Positions 51,701 to 60,687 of a stretch of DNA of 64,000 nt are shown here, one piece after another; positions within the stretch are counted from its first letter, which is position 1, and the number at the start of each line of letters is the position of its first letter. The notes under the pieces were generated by a model. It made no database searches and was not told the origin of the DNA. It worked only from the letters and a program-made list of their open reading frames with translations. The stretch is from NCBI GenBank assembly GCA_947461105.1, contig CANHIG010000001.1:1974-65973 (forward strand), read 5' to 3'. The stretch comes from Bacteroidota bacterium (lineage in GTDB: Bacteria > Bacteroidota > Bacteroidia > Chitinophagales > LD1). A program made the position numbers and the translations under genes.

Positions 51701-53101
51701 TCTTCTTCTAATTATCCAAACATAATGGTGTTGGACTATATGCGCAAAACGAAAATCAACAACCCCGAAGTAGAAGCAAAAGCAATGAGGCTATTGGATG
51801 AGGGTTATAAAAAGTTGGTGTCGTTTGAAACAAAAGAAAATGGCTATGAATGGTTTGGTGCCGTACCCGCTCATGAGGCATTAACTGCTTACGGTCTCAT
51901 GGAATTTGAGGACATGAAATCAGTATATCCGAAAGTGGATCAGGTGATGATAGAGCGCACAAGAAAAATGCTTCTTGATAAGCGCGATGGCAAAGGAGGC
52001 TTTATAAGAAATCCAAAAGCGCTGGACAGCTTCGGTGGTGCTGATGAAGACATAACTAATGCCTACATCGTGTATGCCATGACAGAAAGTGGTTACAAAG
52101 ATTTAAAAACTGAACTTGATGCCTTGTATGAAAGTGCCAGAAAATCTAAAGATCCTTATGTATTAGCATTAGCTGCAAATGCATTTTACAACGTGCAAGA
52201 TTCAAAACGAGGAGATGATATGATGGCAATGCTTTATAAAGAACAATCAGACTTCGGCTATTGGATTGGCAAAAGACATTCCATTACCCGCTCTACCGGT
52301 GATGCACTGAAAATAGAAACTACTTCTCTGGTATCCATCGCTATCATGAAATCTGCTACACCAAATCAGTTAGCTGTGCAGAATGCAATGAAATATTTAG
52401 TAGGTGCCAGAAATGGATTAGGTGGATTTGGCTCTTCTCAATCTACTATCCTCGCATTAAAAGCGTTGACCAAATATGCAGAATTCAGCAAGAAAACTGA
52501 TGAAGCTGGAACGATAGAGCTTTATCAAAATGACAAGTTAATTGCAACTAAGGATTATGCAAAAGGAGAGAAAAATAATGTTGTAATTACTGACTTGGGA
52601 AAACACATTAAAGAAGGTAAACAAAAACTGGAAGTGCGATTTAAAGGGTGCAAAACCGCATTGCCCTATTCAATCAATGTTTCCTATAACACTTCTTTAC
52701 CCCAATCATCGAAGGACTGTGTGTTGGATTTGAACACTTCTGTTTCAAGAACGAATACTAAAGTTGGAGAAACGTTGCGATTATCTGCAACCCTTAAGAA
52801 CAAAAACAATTCCGGACAACCTATGAGCATTGCAATCATTGGACTTCCGGCAGGCTTATCTGTTCAGCCTTGGCAGCTGAAAGAAATGAAAGAGAAGAAT
52901 ATTTTCGACTTTTATGAGCTGATTGGAAATAATATTGTATGCTACTACCGAAGCCTTGCACCAAATGCAGTAAAAGAAATCAACTTTGATTTGAAAGCGG
53001 AAATATCGGGAGTGTATGATGCACCGGCAGCATCGGCATACCTATATTATACTAATGAAAACAAGGTTTGGAAAGCATTGGAAAGGATAACTATCAACTA
53101 A
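48782..53101 (+). CDS. Alpha-2-macroglobulin-family protein with an inserted CarboxypepD_reg-like domain and a CxEQ thioester-type motif
   Basis: Has a signal peptide starting MQKSKFILL. MG-domain repeats are present (IYIQTDKTFYKPSEILWF and KISTSKQVYKPREKVVVNI). The sequence TIFWNGHVSTDQNGKATVEF resembles a bait-region domain. EPYGCFEQTSSSNYP places CFEQ at 51686-51697. The segment AHEALTAYGLMEF is also present. The ATG at 48782 is preferred over the TTG at 48755. Confidence 0.8.
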   Translation: MQKSKFILLTALPLLLLSFYGLAWQASYPRENAALRNIKSLFESFSKKTHNERIYIQTDKTFYKPSEILWFSVFVINEDNLKVSEISDILNIEFISPRGNVDKKYKLIIKDGITQGDIDLTGYLGGLYKLKAYTTFQQNDSSILVAEKEITVQSVVLPRLKLKLDFDKKAYGKGDEVIAKLDIATNENKALAKTKISYSVSLSGKKILNAETNTDNSGKAAIKFLLPKDLNTTDALLNVNLDFEGDLESISRSVPVVLNKIDLSFMPEGGDFIEGVTSIIGFRAVNEFGKPADIEGVVTDERKNIVAKFSSLHDGMGKFTFTPEKGKQYTAQISKPEGISESYNLPDALKNGYLIQSKKGELNKLELSAFSFKTDTISLLVQSRGKIYFSKSIAAQKGWNTISVNTEKFPIGVCQITLFDSKGIARSERLVFVNSSKQLNVKISTSKQVYKPREKVVVNIRTTDENGLPVSSDLALSVVDDNLLSFADDKQGNILSKILLEPDLKQAVHEPNFYFDSKEPKSAEALDNLMLTAGWRRYTWKQILSKKTPEYGFSAEKATLSGKVLDGYESKPIAGATIKLKKSGKSATTDKDGYFTMPSFDITEEKELTISAKGFNDQNMTLSTYEQNASYYIYKGRAYPRFMMAGKANEATVAKEEMLMDMVPMAAAIPAQAEVMKYKHPLVEVADLAEKPKVDENKIAEEELKNGLFEEAEVGDLRFAGIKKRDKDEEDAPVSYHRAKEFPKRVYAKEDDTRSDLQSTIFWNGHVSTDQNGKATVEFLANDLISSFKITTEGFGTNGEIGRVDFNYAVNIPFAIDAKIPTELVSGDIVNIPVFLKNNTDEKAEGLLTINLPKILIGKGNLEQKIIIEAKESKKITIPIEVAKEIGKGQISIEFKGNFNDNLSREVVVVAKGFPANISLSGQELNKSFLINPINIVQGSLRVNFNAYPSVMSELMKGIEAILQEPYGCFEQTSSSNYPNIMVLDYMRKTKINNPEVEAKAMRLLDEGYKKLVSFETKENGYEWFGAVPAHEALTAYGLMEFEDMKSVYPKVDQVMIERTRKMLLDKRDGKGGFIRNPKALDSFGGADEDITNAYIVYAMTESGYKDLKTELDALYESARKSKDPYVLALAANAFYNVQDSKRGDDMMAMLYKEQSDFGYWIGKRHSITRSTGDALKIETTSLVSIAIMKSATPNQLAVQNAMKYLVGARNGLGGFGSSQSTILALKALTKYAEFSKKTDEAGTIELYQNDKLIATKDYAKGEKNNVVITDLGKHIKEGKQKLEVRFKGCKTALPYSINVSYNTSLPQSSKDCVLDLNTSVSRTNTKVGETLRLSATLKNKNNSGQPMSIAIIGLPAGLSVQPWQLKEMKEKNIFDFYELIGNNIVCYYRSLAPNAVKEINFDLKAEISGVYDAPAASAYLYYTNENKVWKALERITIN

Positions 53102-53865
53102 GACCCGGATTTTTTCCTGAGTCTGATATTTATCAATTCTACAACGAGAGAGAATAGAACTGCAACATAAACAAAGCCCTTGTTTACATGCATTCCAAAT
53201 CCCTCAAGTATCAGGGTGAGGCCGATAAGTATCAAAAAAGAAAGCGCAAGTACCTGTAGAGTCGGATACTTATTAATTAAATCACTTATCGGCCCGCTGA
53301 ATTGCATCATGGCTAGTATCGCGATAATGACTGCAAAAATCATTATCAGCACTTCCTGTGTTAGGCCTACTGCTGTAAGAATAGAATCAAACGAAAAGAT
53401 GATGTCAATAAAAATAACCTGAGCAATCACCGGCCAGAATGCCGCTTTCACCGATAACTCTTTTGCTGTTTCCTTTTGCTCCACCTTAGAATGGATTTCT
53501 GTGGTGGATTTTGCCAAAAGGAAAAAACCGCCAATTAAAAGAATGAAATCTCTGCCACTAATTTCAACTGCTTCTTTTATATGCTCAATACCCATTTTTT
53601 CAAACAACATCTCAAAAGGAAGAGTAAACAAAGGCTCCGTCAATCCAATAATCCATGTAATAGAAAGCAAAAGCAAAATTCTGAATCCGAGTGCAATCAG
53701 TAACCCTAAATTACGCGCGCTCTTTTGCTGACTTTTTGGAAGCTTGTTGGTTACTATAGATATGAAAATGATATTATCTACGCCCAATACTATTTCTAAA
53801 AATGCTAAAGTTAATAAGCTTATCCATGCTGCCGGTTGGGCAAATACACTAATATTAAAATCCAT
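53098..53865 (-). CDS. TerC-family integral membrane protein
   Basis: LEIVLGVDNIIFISI and a second DxIFxxDS-type repeat (IFIDIIFSFDSILTAVG) are typical of TerC. There are about seven helices. Confidence 0.85.
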   Translation of the reverse strand: MDFNISVFAQPAAWISLLTLAFLEIVLGVDNIIFISIVTNKLPKSQQKSARNLGLLIALGFRILLLLSITWIIGLTEPLFTLPFEMLFEKMGIEHIKEAVEISGRDFILLIGGFFLLAKSTTEIHSKVEQKETAKELSVKAAFWPVIAQVIFIDIIFSFDSILTAVGLTQEVLIMIFAVIIAILAMMQFSGPISDLINKYPTLQVLALSFLILIGLTLILEGFGMHVNKGFVYVAVLFSLVVELINIRLRKKSGS

Positions 53866-54456
53866 GTGGGTAAAGATATTTATTCAAATAAAATTTAGGA
53901 ATAACAGCAATATTAAATTGCATTTTTGCAGCTAATGCCTGATTAAAATGTTTCTTTTCATGCTCCCGCATGATGAAAAAGGCATCTGAAACAGAATAGC
54001 AAATTTTATCATTAGCCGGAGAGGCAATCACAGTTGAAAGCAGATTCTTAGATGACAATGTTTGGAAATATTGAATCAGCTTGTTGTTGCTGTTCGACAG
54101 TTCATCGAAGATTGCACTATCCAGAAGTGTTTTTTTAGGCTCAAAAACAGGTAGTGTTTTCATCTTTTTGCTGTCAGGCTTCACAGAGTTAATAATCATA
54201 TTTACAATCCATTTGGGCAGGAACGGAATTTTAGACATATAGCCTGCTTTGTATTTTCCTGCTATCAGTGCATCAAAAGTTTTATCATAAGTATCATTTG
54301 TGGTTTTACAAGGTGATTCATAATTGTGCCAATACTCCACTCATTTTCATGAGATGACTTATTAAGTTGCTCCATTGAGAGGGATGAGAACTCATCCCGA
54401 TACTGATTAGCAATTTTTTTAAACGCTTCAATGATATCAACTGTGTTATATTCCAT
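53855..54456 (-). pseudogene. DinB-superfamily protein split by a frameshift at a short A-run
   Basis: ORF 54265..54456 ends with ...ENEWSIGTIMNHLVKPQ... and ORF 53855..54340 continues with KTTNDTYDKTFDALIAGKYK...IMREHEKKHFNQ. One extra A in the A4 run at 54304-54307 (minus strand) would fuse them. The 602-nt span is one base short of a multiple of 3. Confidence 0.6.
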
Positions 54457-54501
54457 ATATTATTTATAGGTTTACTGAATCAAAGTTATCAATAAAATCT
54501 A

Positions 54502-54975
54502 ATGCGCTTTTTACTTAATATCGGATCATACGGATTAGACAGCTCCTCAATTGATTGGGGCTATTTAGGGATTGTTGCACTGAAAGTGTTGATGGGATTT
54601 AGCATACTCATAACACTGTTTATCATTTTCCTGATATTATCCGCTATACTTATTGCCCGTTCAGTAAAATCAGGCATTGAAAACAAGTCGTTAAACTTTG
54701 CATTAAAGAAGTTCTTGCGCGGCTTCTTCTATGTTACCGCTTTCTTCTCAGTTACTTTACTGCTGATGATAGCTCTTCCGTTTTCCAAAAACTATCCGCT
54801 GTATATTGTATTGATTGGAGCAATAGGTGTTTCTTTCTTGCTTACCTTCACAATTATATCTTTGATTGGAGTGCTTATAGAGAGAGTGCTGCTAAAACTC
54901 TATGTGTTCAAAAGAATATCTGTATTACTTCACAAGCTTTTGTTACTTATTGACAGCTATATAGCCAAGAGATAA
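54502..54975 (+). CDS. Hypothetical four-helix membrane protein
   Basis: 157-aa ORF containing only hydrophobic helices. I recognised no family. Confidence 0.45.
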   Translation: MRFLLNIGSYGLDSSSIDWGYLGIVALKVLMGFSILITLFIIFLILSAILIARSVKSGIENKSLNFALKKFLRGFFYVTAFFSVTLLLMIALPFSKNYPLYIVLIGAIGVSFLLTFTIISLIGVLIERVLLKLYVFKRISVLLHKLLLLIDSYIAKR

Positions 54976-54976
54976 A

Positions 54977-56227
54977 TTAATTCAGCTTCTTAATCAGCAA
55001 TGCTGCATTATGTCCTCCGAAACCAAATGTGTTGGAGAGCGCTGCGCGAATTTCCCTTTTCTGAGCCTGATTAGGTGTGAGATTAAGCTTGGCATCTATT
55101 TCTGGATCGGCAGTGAAATGATTAATAGTAGGTGGGACCAAACTCTGCTGCATGGCAAGAACACAAACAATAGCCTCAACCGCACCGGCTGCTCCTAAAA
55201 GATGCCCAGTCATAGACTTCGATGAGCTGATATTGAGCTTATAAGCATCATCACCAAATACATCAATAATTGCTTTTAATTCCGAATTGTCTCCAAGTGG
55301 CGTAGAAGTTCCATGAGTATTGATGTAATCTACATCTGACGGTTGGAGACCAGCTTCGCGTAATGCCTCTTTCATTACAATTTTTGCACCTAATCCATCA
55401 GGATGTGGCGCTGTAAGGTGATATGCATCTGCACTTAATCCGGATCCAACCACTTCTGCATATATCTTCGCGCCTCTTGCCACGGCATGTTCGTAGGCTT
55501 CTACGACCAACGCCCCAGCGCCCTCGCCCATCACAAATCCATCACGGTCTTTGTCGTATGGTCGCGATGCAGTAGCTGGGTCCTCATTTCTCTCGCTCAG
55601 TGCTTTCATAGACGAAAATCCTCCTATGCCACCTTCTAAAATTGCAGCTTCTGCTCCACCTGCAATGATTACATCTGCCTTACCTAATTGAATAAATTGC
55701 ATAGCCTCGATGAGCGCAATAGTGGACGAAGCACATGCCGCTACCGGTGCAAAATTGGGACCTCTATAGCCATACTTCATCGAAATATGACCGGCTGCTA
55801 TGTCTGAAATTATTTTTGGAATGAAAAAAGGATTGAACCTGGGAGTTCCATCGCCTGAATAGTAGTACTTATATTCCTCCTCTATCATTTTGAGACCTCC
55901 TATACCGCTGGAAAAAACAACACCTACCCGTTCAAGATTGATGCCGTCATTAGTTAGTCCGGAGTCTTTTATGGCATCTTCAGCTGCTACCAAAGCAAAT
56001 TGAGTAAAGCGATCGTATCGCTTTACATCTTTCCGGTCAAAATAATTTAACGGATCAAAATTCTTGAGCTCACACGCAATCTTAGTTTTGTACTTAGTGG
56101 TATCAAAGCCTGTAATAACGGATGCCCCACTTCTACCCTCAGAAAGCCCATCCCAAAACTCAGTAATATTATTGCCTATTGGCGATAATACTCCCATTCC
56201 GGTTATTACTACTCTACGCAAGTTCAT
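54977..56227 (-). CDS. fabF: Beta-ketoacyl-ACP synthase II
   Basis: RVVITGMGVLSPIG, the active-site Cys (AACASST), NTHGTSTPLGD and GHLLGAAG are present. It lies directly downstream of acpP. Confidence 0.95.
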   Translation of the reverse strand: MNLRRVVITGMGVLSPIGNNITEFWDGLSEGRSGASVITGFDTTKYKTKIACELKNFDPLNYFDRKDVKRYDRFTQFALVAAEDAIKDSGLTNDGINLERVGVVFSSGIGGLKMIEEEYKYYYSGDGTPRFNPFFIPKIISDIAAGHISMKYGYRGPNFAPVAACASSTIALIEAMQFIQLGKADVIIAGGAEAAILEGGIGGFSSMKALSERNEDPATASRPYDKDRDGFVMGEGAGALVVEAYEHAVARGAKIYAEVVGSGLSADAYHLTAPHPDGLGAKIVMKEALREAGLQPSDVDYINTHGTSTPLGDNSELKAIIDVFGDDAYKLNISSSKSMTGHLLGAAGAVEAIVCVLAMQQSLVPPTINHFTADPEIDAKLNLTPNQAQKREIRAALSNTFGFGGHNAALLIKKLN

Positions 56228-56251
56228 GCGGTTCGAGGGGCTAAATAAAAA

Positions 56252-56488
56252 TTAAGCTAAGGCTTTTTCGAGATACTCTATCGCCTGACCCACAGTTGTG
56301 ATTGTCTCTGCTTGCTCATCGGGTATAGAGATATTGAATTCTTTCTCAAATTCCATAATAAGTTCCACTGTATCTAATGAGTCAGCACCTAAATCAGTAG
56401 TAAAACTTGCCTCAGAAGTCACTTGACTTTCTTCAACACCTAATTTGTCTACTATGATTTTCTTTACTCTTTCTGCAATAGTTGCCAT
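56252..56488 (-). CDS. acpP: Acyl carrier protein
   Basis: 78 aa, with the phosphopantetheine site in [17 protein letters not shown]. Confidence 0.95.
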   Translation of the reverse strand: MATIAERVKKIIVDKLGVEESQVTSEASFTTDLGADSLDTVELIMEFEKEFNISIPDEQAETITTVGQAIEYLEKALA

Positions 56489-56510
56489 TTGTGTATTTTT
56501 AAATCGAATG

Positions 56511-56518
56511 CAAAGGTA
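56511..56518 (-). promoter_or_regulatory. Putative -7 promoter box (TAccTTTG) for acpP-fabF
   Basis: The minus strand reads TACCTTTG, an exact TAnnTTTG match, with 22 nt between its end and the acpP ATG. A TTG lies about 18 nt further upstream. Confidence 0.35.
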
Positions 56519-56611
56519 CTATTTTCATCCATATTGCAAAGCAACAAATAAGTGCTTGAAAAATAAGAGGTTGTGATGTCTTTTAGTAGTTTTAGCTAAC
56601 ATTTTCAATAT

Positions 56612-57052
56612 ATGCCAGTGAAAAAAAACTTAGGAGAAAATGAATGGGAATCATTCGTTCTGGTCGGAATCAGCTCATTACTAAAGGATTACAGGATTTC
56701 CTTTTTTTTGAATGAATTTCTACAGGCGGATTTTGAACAGGTAGAACCACTGCAAATTATTCCAAAAGGGAAGTCGGAAACTGTAAAATTTAAAACTTTC
56801 AGATGGAAATCTGAATATACAGGATTTGAGTTTTTCCTGTTTGATAACCATTCCGGCAAAGACATCCTACTGCCCGAAGTGAGCAAAATTAATTTTCTGG
56901 TGAAAATTTCTGGTGAATATGACCCTAAACCAATGGTCGAATTTTTGAAACAAATCCCTGAAGTATCTACCGCATCTATTTTACCTTTAGGGAAAATAAA
57001 ATCACACAAAAATCTGGAGCATAATTATACGCCAATAAAAAAAGATTCATGA
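56612..57052 (+). CDS. IPExxxVDY-family-like protein
   Basis: 146 aa. It contains LPEVSKINF at the position of the eponymous IPExxxVDY motif. It overlaps pyk by 4 nt. The family call is from memory. Confidence 0.45.
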   Translation: MPVKKNLGENEWESFVLVGISSLLKDYRISFFLNEFLQADFEQVEPLQIIPKGKSETVKFKTFRWKSEYTGFEFFLFDNHSGKDILLPEVSKINFLVKISGEYDPKPMVEFLKQIPEVSTASILPLGKIKSHKNLEHNYTPIKKDS

Positions 57053-58479
57053 ACATTAAGTACAACAAGACAAAAATAATTGGAACATGGGGGCCTGCAT
57101 GTGAGGACAAAACTATCATGCGCAAAATGATTGAGGAAGGCTTAGATCTTTTTCGCTTTAATTTTTCGCATGGCGAACACAGCAAACATCTTGAAGGTTT
57201 TAAAAAAGTGAAGCAGCTTTCTACTGAAATGGAAGTTAACATTGGCATTTTGGCTGACCTGCAAGGGCCTAAAATCAGAGTAGGAAAAGTAAAGGATAAT
57301 GTAGCAATGCTAAAAACCGGCAAGGAAGTTCAAATCACCACAGAAGAATGTGTAAGCACTGAGGAGAAAATATTTATTAGTTACAGCGCTTTGGCTAAAG
57401 AGGCTAAAAAAGGTGATAGAATATTGATAGACGATGGCAAAATAGAACTGAAAGTGATAAAGGCAGATGGCAAAAAAATGCTTACAGCTAAAATAATTAA
57501 TGGTGGGAAACTAAGTAATAACAAAGGAGTAAATCTGCCTGACACTAAAACTACAGTGCCTGCTCTCACCCCAAAAGACAAGAAAGATCTTGCTTTCGCT
57601 ATAGAGCATGGTGCAAACTGGATTGCTCTTTCGTTTGTTCGTTCAGCAAAGGATGTGGTTAATCTGAAAAAAATAATTGGCGAAAAAAATAGCTACATGA
57701 AAGTGATGGCTAAAATCGAAAAGCCGGAAGCATTAAAAGAACTCGATACCATAATTGATGCAGCAGATGGTATTATGATAGCCAGAGGCGATTTGGCGGT
57801 AGAGGTGCCGCAGGAAGAAATGCCTTTAATTCAGAAAGATATAATCAGACGTTGCATCCTAAAAGCAAAGCCTGTAATAGTTGCTACGCAAATGATGGAT
57901 TCCATGATTGAAAATCCAAATCCAACTCGTGCAGAAATCACTGATGTGGCAAATGCTGTTTTGGATGGCACAGATGCTGTGATGCTCAGCGGAGAAACAT
58001 CTACCGGGATACATCCTGTGAAGGTAATTCACATTATGCAGAAGATACTTCAAAACATTGAGGCTGGAGATTTGATTTACAACAAGGAGTTAAAACCTAA
58101 TATAAAGTCCAACACTTTTATCTCAGATGCTATTTGCTATAATGCCGCTCGTATCAGCAGCGACTTAGGCGCAACGGCAATTGTGGGAATGACCTTTTCA
58201 GGCTATACTGGATTCATGCTTTCCAGCTACAGACCCAAAGCGGGGATTTTTATTTTTACAGAAAACAAAGCTCTGCTGAATGCATTAAGTATTTGCTGGG
58301 GGGTAGAGGCATTTTACTACAGCAATTTTGTTGGAACCGATTCGACCATAAAAGATGTGATAAAAATTCTCAAAGCAAAAAAACTTATAAAAGCAAAAGA
58401 CCTGATTGTAAATATTGGCTCCATGCCGCTGTCTTCAAAAGGAAGAGCAAACATGGTAAAGGTAACTGAGGTAGAATAA
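57049..58479 (+). CDS. pyk: Pyruvate kinase
   Basis: KTKIIGTWGPA, FRFNFSHG, DLQGPKIR, MIARGDLAVEVP and ATQMMDSM are all present. Confidence 0.95.
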   Translation: MNIKYNKTKIIGTWGPACEDKTIMRKMIEEGLDLFRFNFSHGEHSKHLEGFKKVKQLSTEMEVNIGILADLQGPKIRVGKVKDNVAMLKTGKEVQITTEECVSTEEKIFISYSALAKEAKKGDRILIDDGKIELKVIKADGKKMLTAKIINGGKLSNNKGVNLPDTKTTVPALTPKDKKDLAFAIEHGANWIALSFVRSAKDVVNLKKIIGEKNSYMKVMAKIEKPEALKELDTIIDAADGIMIARGDLAVEVPQEEMPLIQKDIIRRCILKAKPVIVATQMMDSMIENPNPTRAEITDVANAVLDGTDAVMLSGETSTGIHPVKVIHIMQKILQNIEAGDLIYNKELKPNIKSNTFISDAICYNAARISSDLGATAIVGMTFSGYTGFMLSSYRPKAGIFIFTENKALLNALSICWGVEAFYYSNFVGTDSTIKDVIKILKAKKLIKAKDLIVNIGSMPLSSKGRANMVKVTEVE

Positions 58480-58481
58480 AC

Positions 58482-59873
58482 ATGGCTGAACTTGAAATGC
58501 AAAACATGAAAAACACTATTTCAAAAATACTTCCATTTGTAATAATTGGCAGTGTGATTATCATACTATCATCGCTACATTTCGGGTGGTTAAATTCTTT
58601 TTTCTTTGATGCTGAGCATGCAGATGTGCAGGGTATCGATTATTTTTCTGCGCCAAAATCCTACTTGAATTTACTTGAAAAGAGAAGCATGTTTGACACT
58701 TGGGGGGGGGCTACTTATGGCCCACATGCTACCTGGTATCTGGCTCACCCGGCATTTAGCGTTTTTGTAGCATCCTGGTTTTCCTTTTTCTCTCCGTGGA
58801 CAAGCTATTGGCTATTTGTAATATTTTCGCTTGCAATCATGGTATTCTGCGGATGGCTCATCGCAAATACCACTAATGATTTATTCAAAAAACAGCTGAG
58901 CTTCTTTGTCTTGCTTTGTGCATTTCCTACCTACTGGCTATTGTTTGTAGGCAATATTCATGCACCATTGGTTTTAGCACTGACACTAATCATGTTGGGA
59001 ATATTTGATCTCACATATAATGAAAATATTGAAACCGGCAATGCAAAACTACTGTCAGGGTTGCTCATTTCGTTTTTTACCAAACCCATAGTTTTACTGA
59101 TGCTCCCTCTGCTACTAGTCACAAAAGAAACGCGCAAAACCACCTTCGGAAGCCTGTTAATTTATGGATTCGTTTCTATACTGTTTATAGTTATTCCCAT
59201 ACTGAATCCTGAAGGAGTTGGGCTTGGAAAAATACTCAGTATCGATTTTGAATTTGTGAAGCAGCACATGAATATTTATAAAAACAATTTTGTTTTGAAT
59301 GAATACATGAAAGATAATAGTATGCATTGGTTCAATCTTATTGCTCAATCAGACTATAAGCTAATGCATATTGATGTGTACTCATTGCCTGTATTTATTG
59401 ATACTATTGTAGGGCACGAAACCGCAGCGGGGATTTACAAAACACCGATTTACCTCAGTATGATTTTGTCACTGGGTGTTATTTTCATAGAAGATAAAAA
59501 AATAAGATTGGAAAACACCTTGTTGCTTTTGATGGCGATTCCGCTCACCTTCTTTTTAAGCTACAATACTGTTTGGGAATATCAGTTCACATCGGCACTT
59601 CCTATGGTCGCAATGCTTCCTGTGCTTAGAGAAAAGAATGTATTTTACAAAAAGTATATTCCTATACTGTTCACAATTGGCTTGTTTTTTTGCTTGCCTA
59701 GTCTGTATTTTTTAGTGCGGAAATCCGACTTCACCAATAACGATTTGACACTGATTCGGCTTGACAGAGTTTTGCCTGCACTGCTCTTATTTTTAATTAT
59801 GGTATTTATTCTAATTGGCTCAATGAAACGGCATATTGATTTGAGCATTGAAGATGCTCCTGAATTAAATTAA
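58482..59873 (+). CDS. Polytopic membrane protein, GT-C-like (DUF2029/GT87-like) candidate glycosyltransferase
   Basis: About 11-12 hydrophobic helices. The first extracytoplasmic loop is acidic (FFFDAEHADVQGIDYF), as in GT-C enzymes. It starts 3 nt after the pyk stop. The family call is weak. Confidence 0.45.
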   Translation: MAELEMQNMKNTISKILPFVIIGSVIIILSSLHFGWLNSFFFDAEHADVQGIDYFSAPKSYLNLLEKRSMFDTWGGATYGPHATWYLAHPAFSVFVASWFSFFSPWTSYWLFVIFSLAIMVFCGWLIANTTNDLFKKQLSFFVLLCAFPTYWLLFVGNIHAPLVLALTLIMLGIFDLTYNENIETGNAKLLSGLLISFFTKPIVLLMLPLLLVTKETRKTTFGSLLIYGFVSILFIVIPILNPEGVGLGKILSIDFEFVKQHMNIYKNNFVLNEYMKDNSMHWFNLIAQSDYKLMHIDVYSLPVFIDTIVGHETAAGIYKTPIYLSMILSLGVIFIEDKKIRLENTLLLLMAIPLTFFLSYNTVWEYQFTSALPMVAMLPVLREKNVFYKKYIPILFTIGLFFCLPSLYFLVRKSDFTNNDLTLIRLDRVLPALLLFLIMVFILIGSMKRHIDLSIEDAPELN

Positions 59874-59881
59874 CGCTGCAA

Positions 59882-60634
59882 TCACTTCACGGCCTTCTCT
59901 AACTCATCCATTGCCCAGGCAAGATTGTTTTTTCCTAATGTATTTTCAGGATTCTTATCTACCGCTCTTTTAAAAATTATAATCGCTTCTCTGTATTTCT
60001 TTTTGAGCATATAAGCTACACCAATATAGTTGAGTACATCTGTGTTATTAGGTTCTGTTTTGAGTATTATACTCCAGATTTCGATACTTTTATCATAGTT
60101 GCCTATTTTAAGATAATTCAAACCATAGGAAATTAAAAATCTTGTATCTCTATGACCTGCGGCTACATTTTCCTGAGTTTTTATGTTCTCAATTATTTTT
60201 TCTTTCTCATCGGTTGCCCATTTCAAATTATTTTTTGCCAATTGAAAATCTGGAGCGAGTTCCAGCGCTTTGTTGCAAGCATCAATACCGTCCTGATACT
60301 GCATCAACATCGTGTATGCACAACCTAAATCGTTATACGCAACCTCACTTTTAGGATTTAATTCTAGCGCTCGCTTGAGCGGATCAATACTTTTTCCCGG
60401 TTGTTGCAACCCGATATATCCTACAGCCAGAGCTATGAGATTGTCATAGCTAGGATTTTCCTTCACTTTGCTTTCGAGCAAAGCTATATCTGTTTGTGGT
60501 GTTGAATTTAAAGTTGACTGTTGCTTGGGTAAGTCAGGTTTCCCTGCTGACTTTACAAGAAGGTATACAATTGGAAACACCAACAATATTGTCGCTATCA
60601 AAAATAATAATACTCGCTTTTTTTGGAACATCAT
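59882..60634 (-). CDS. Membrane-anchored TPR-repeat protein
   Basis: An N-terminal TM helix is followed by about five TPR units (for example AYNDLGCAYTMLMQYQDGIDACNKALELAPD). Confidence 0.75.
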   Translation of the reverse strand: MMFQKKRVLLFLIATILLVFPIVYLLVKSAGKPDLPKQQSTLNSTPQTDIALLESKVKENPSYDNLIALAVGYIGLQQPGKSIDPLKRALELNPKSEVAYNDLGCAYTMLMQYQDGIDACNKALELAPDFQLAKNNLKWATDEKEKIIENIKTQENVAAGHRDTRFLISYGLNYLKIGNYDKSIEIWSIILKTEPNNTDVLNYIGVAYMLKKKYREAIIIFKRAVDKNPENTLGKNNLAWAMDELEKAVK

Positions 60635-60687
60635 GTTTACTATGGTTGTGAGACAAAAATAACTTTTAGCAGGATTAAAACTACAGG

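Noticed and set aside
53866-53990. A yybP-ykoY (Mn2+) riboswitch upstream of the TerC-family gene
   Set aside because: The upstream sequence is occupied by the 3' end of the DinB-like ORF. I could not find the conserved riboswitch core, and the available space is too short.
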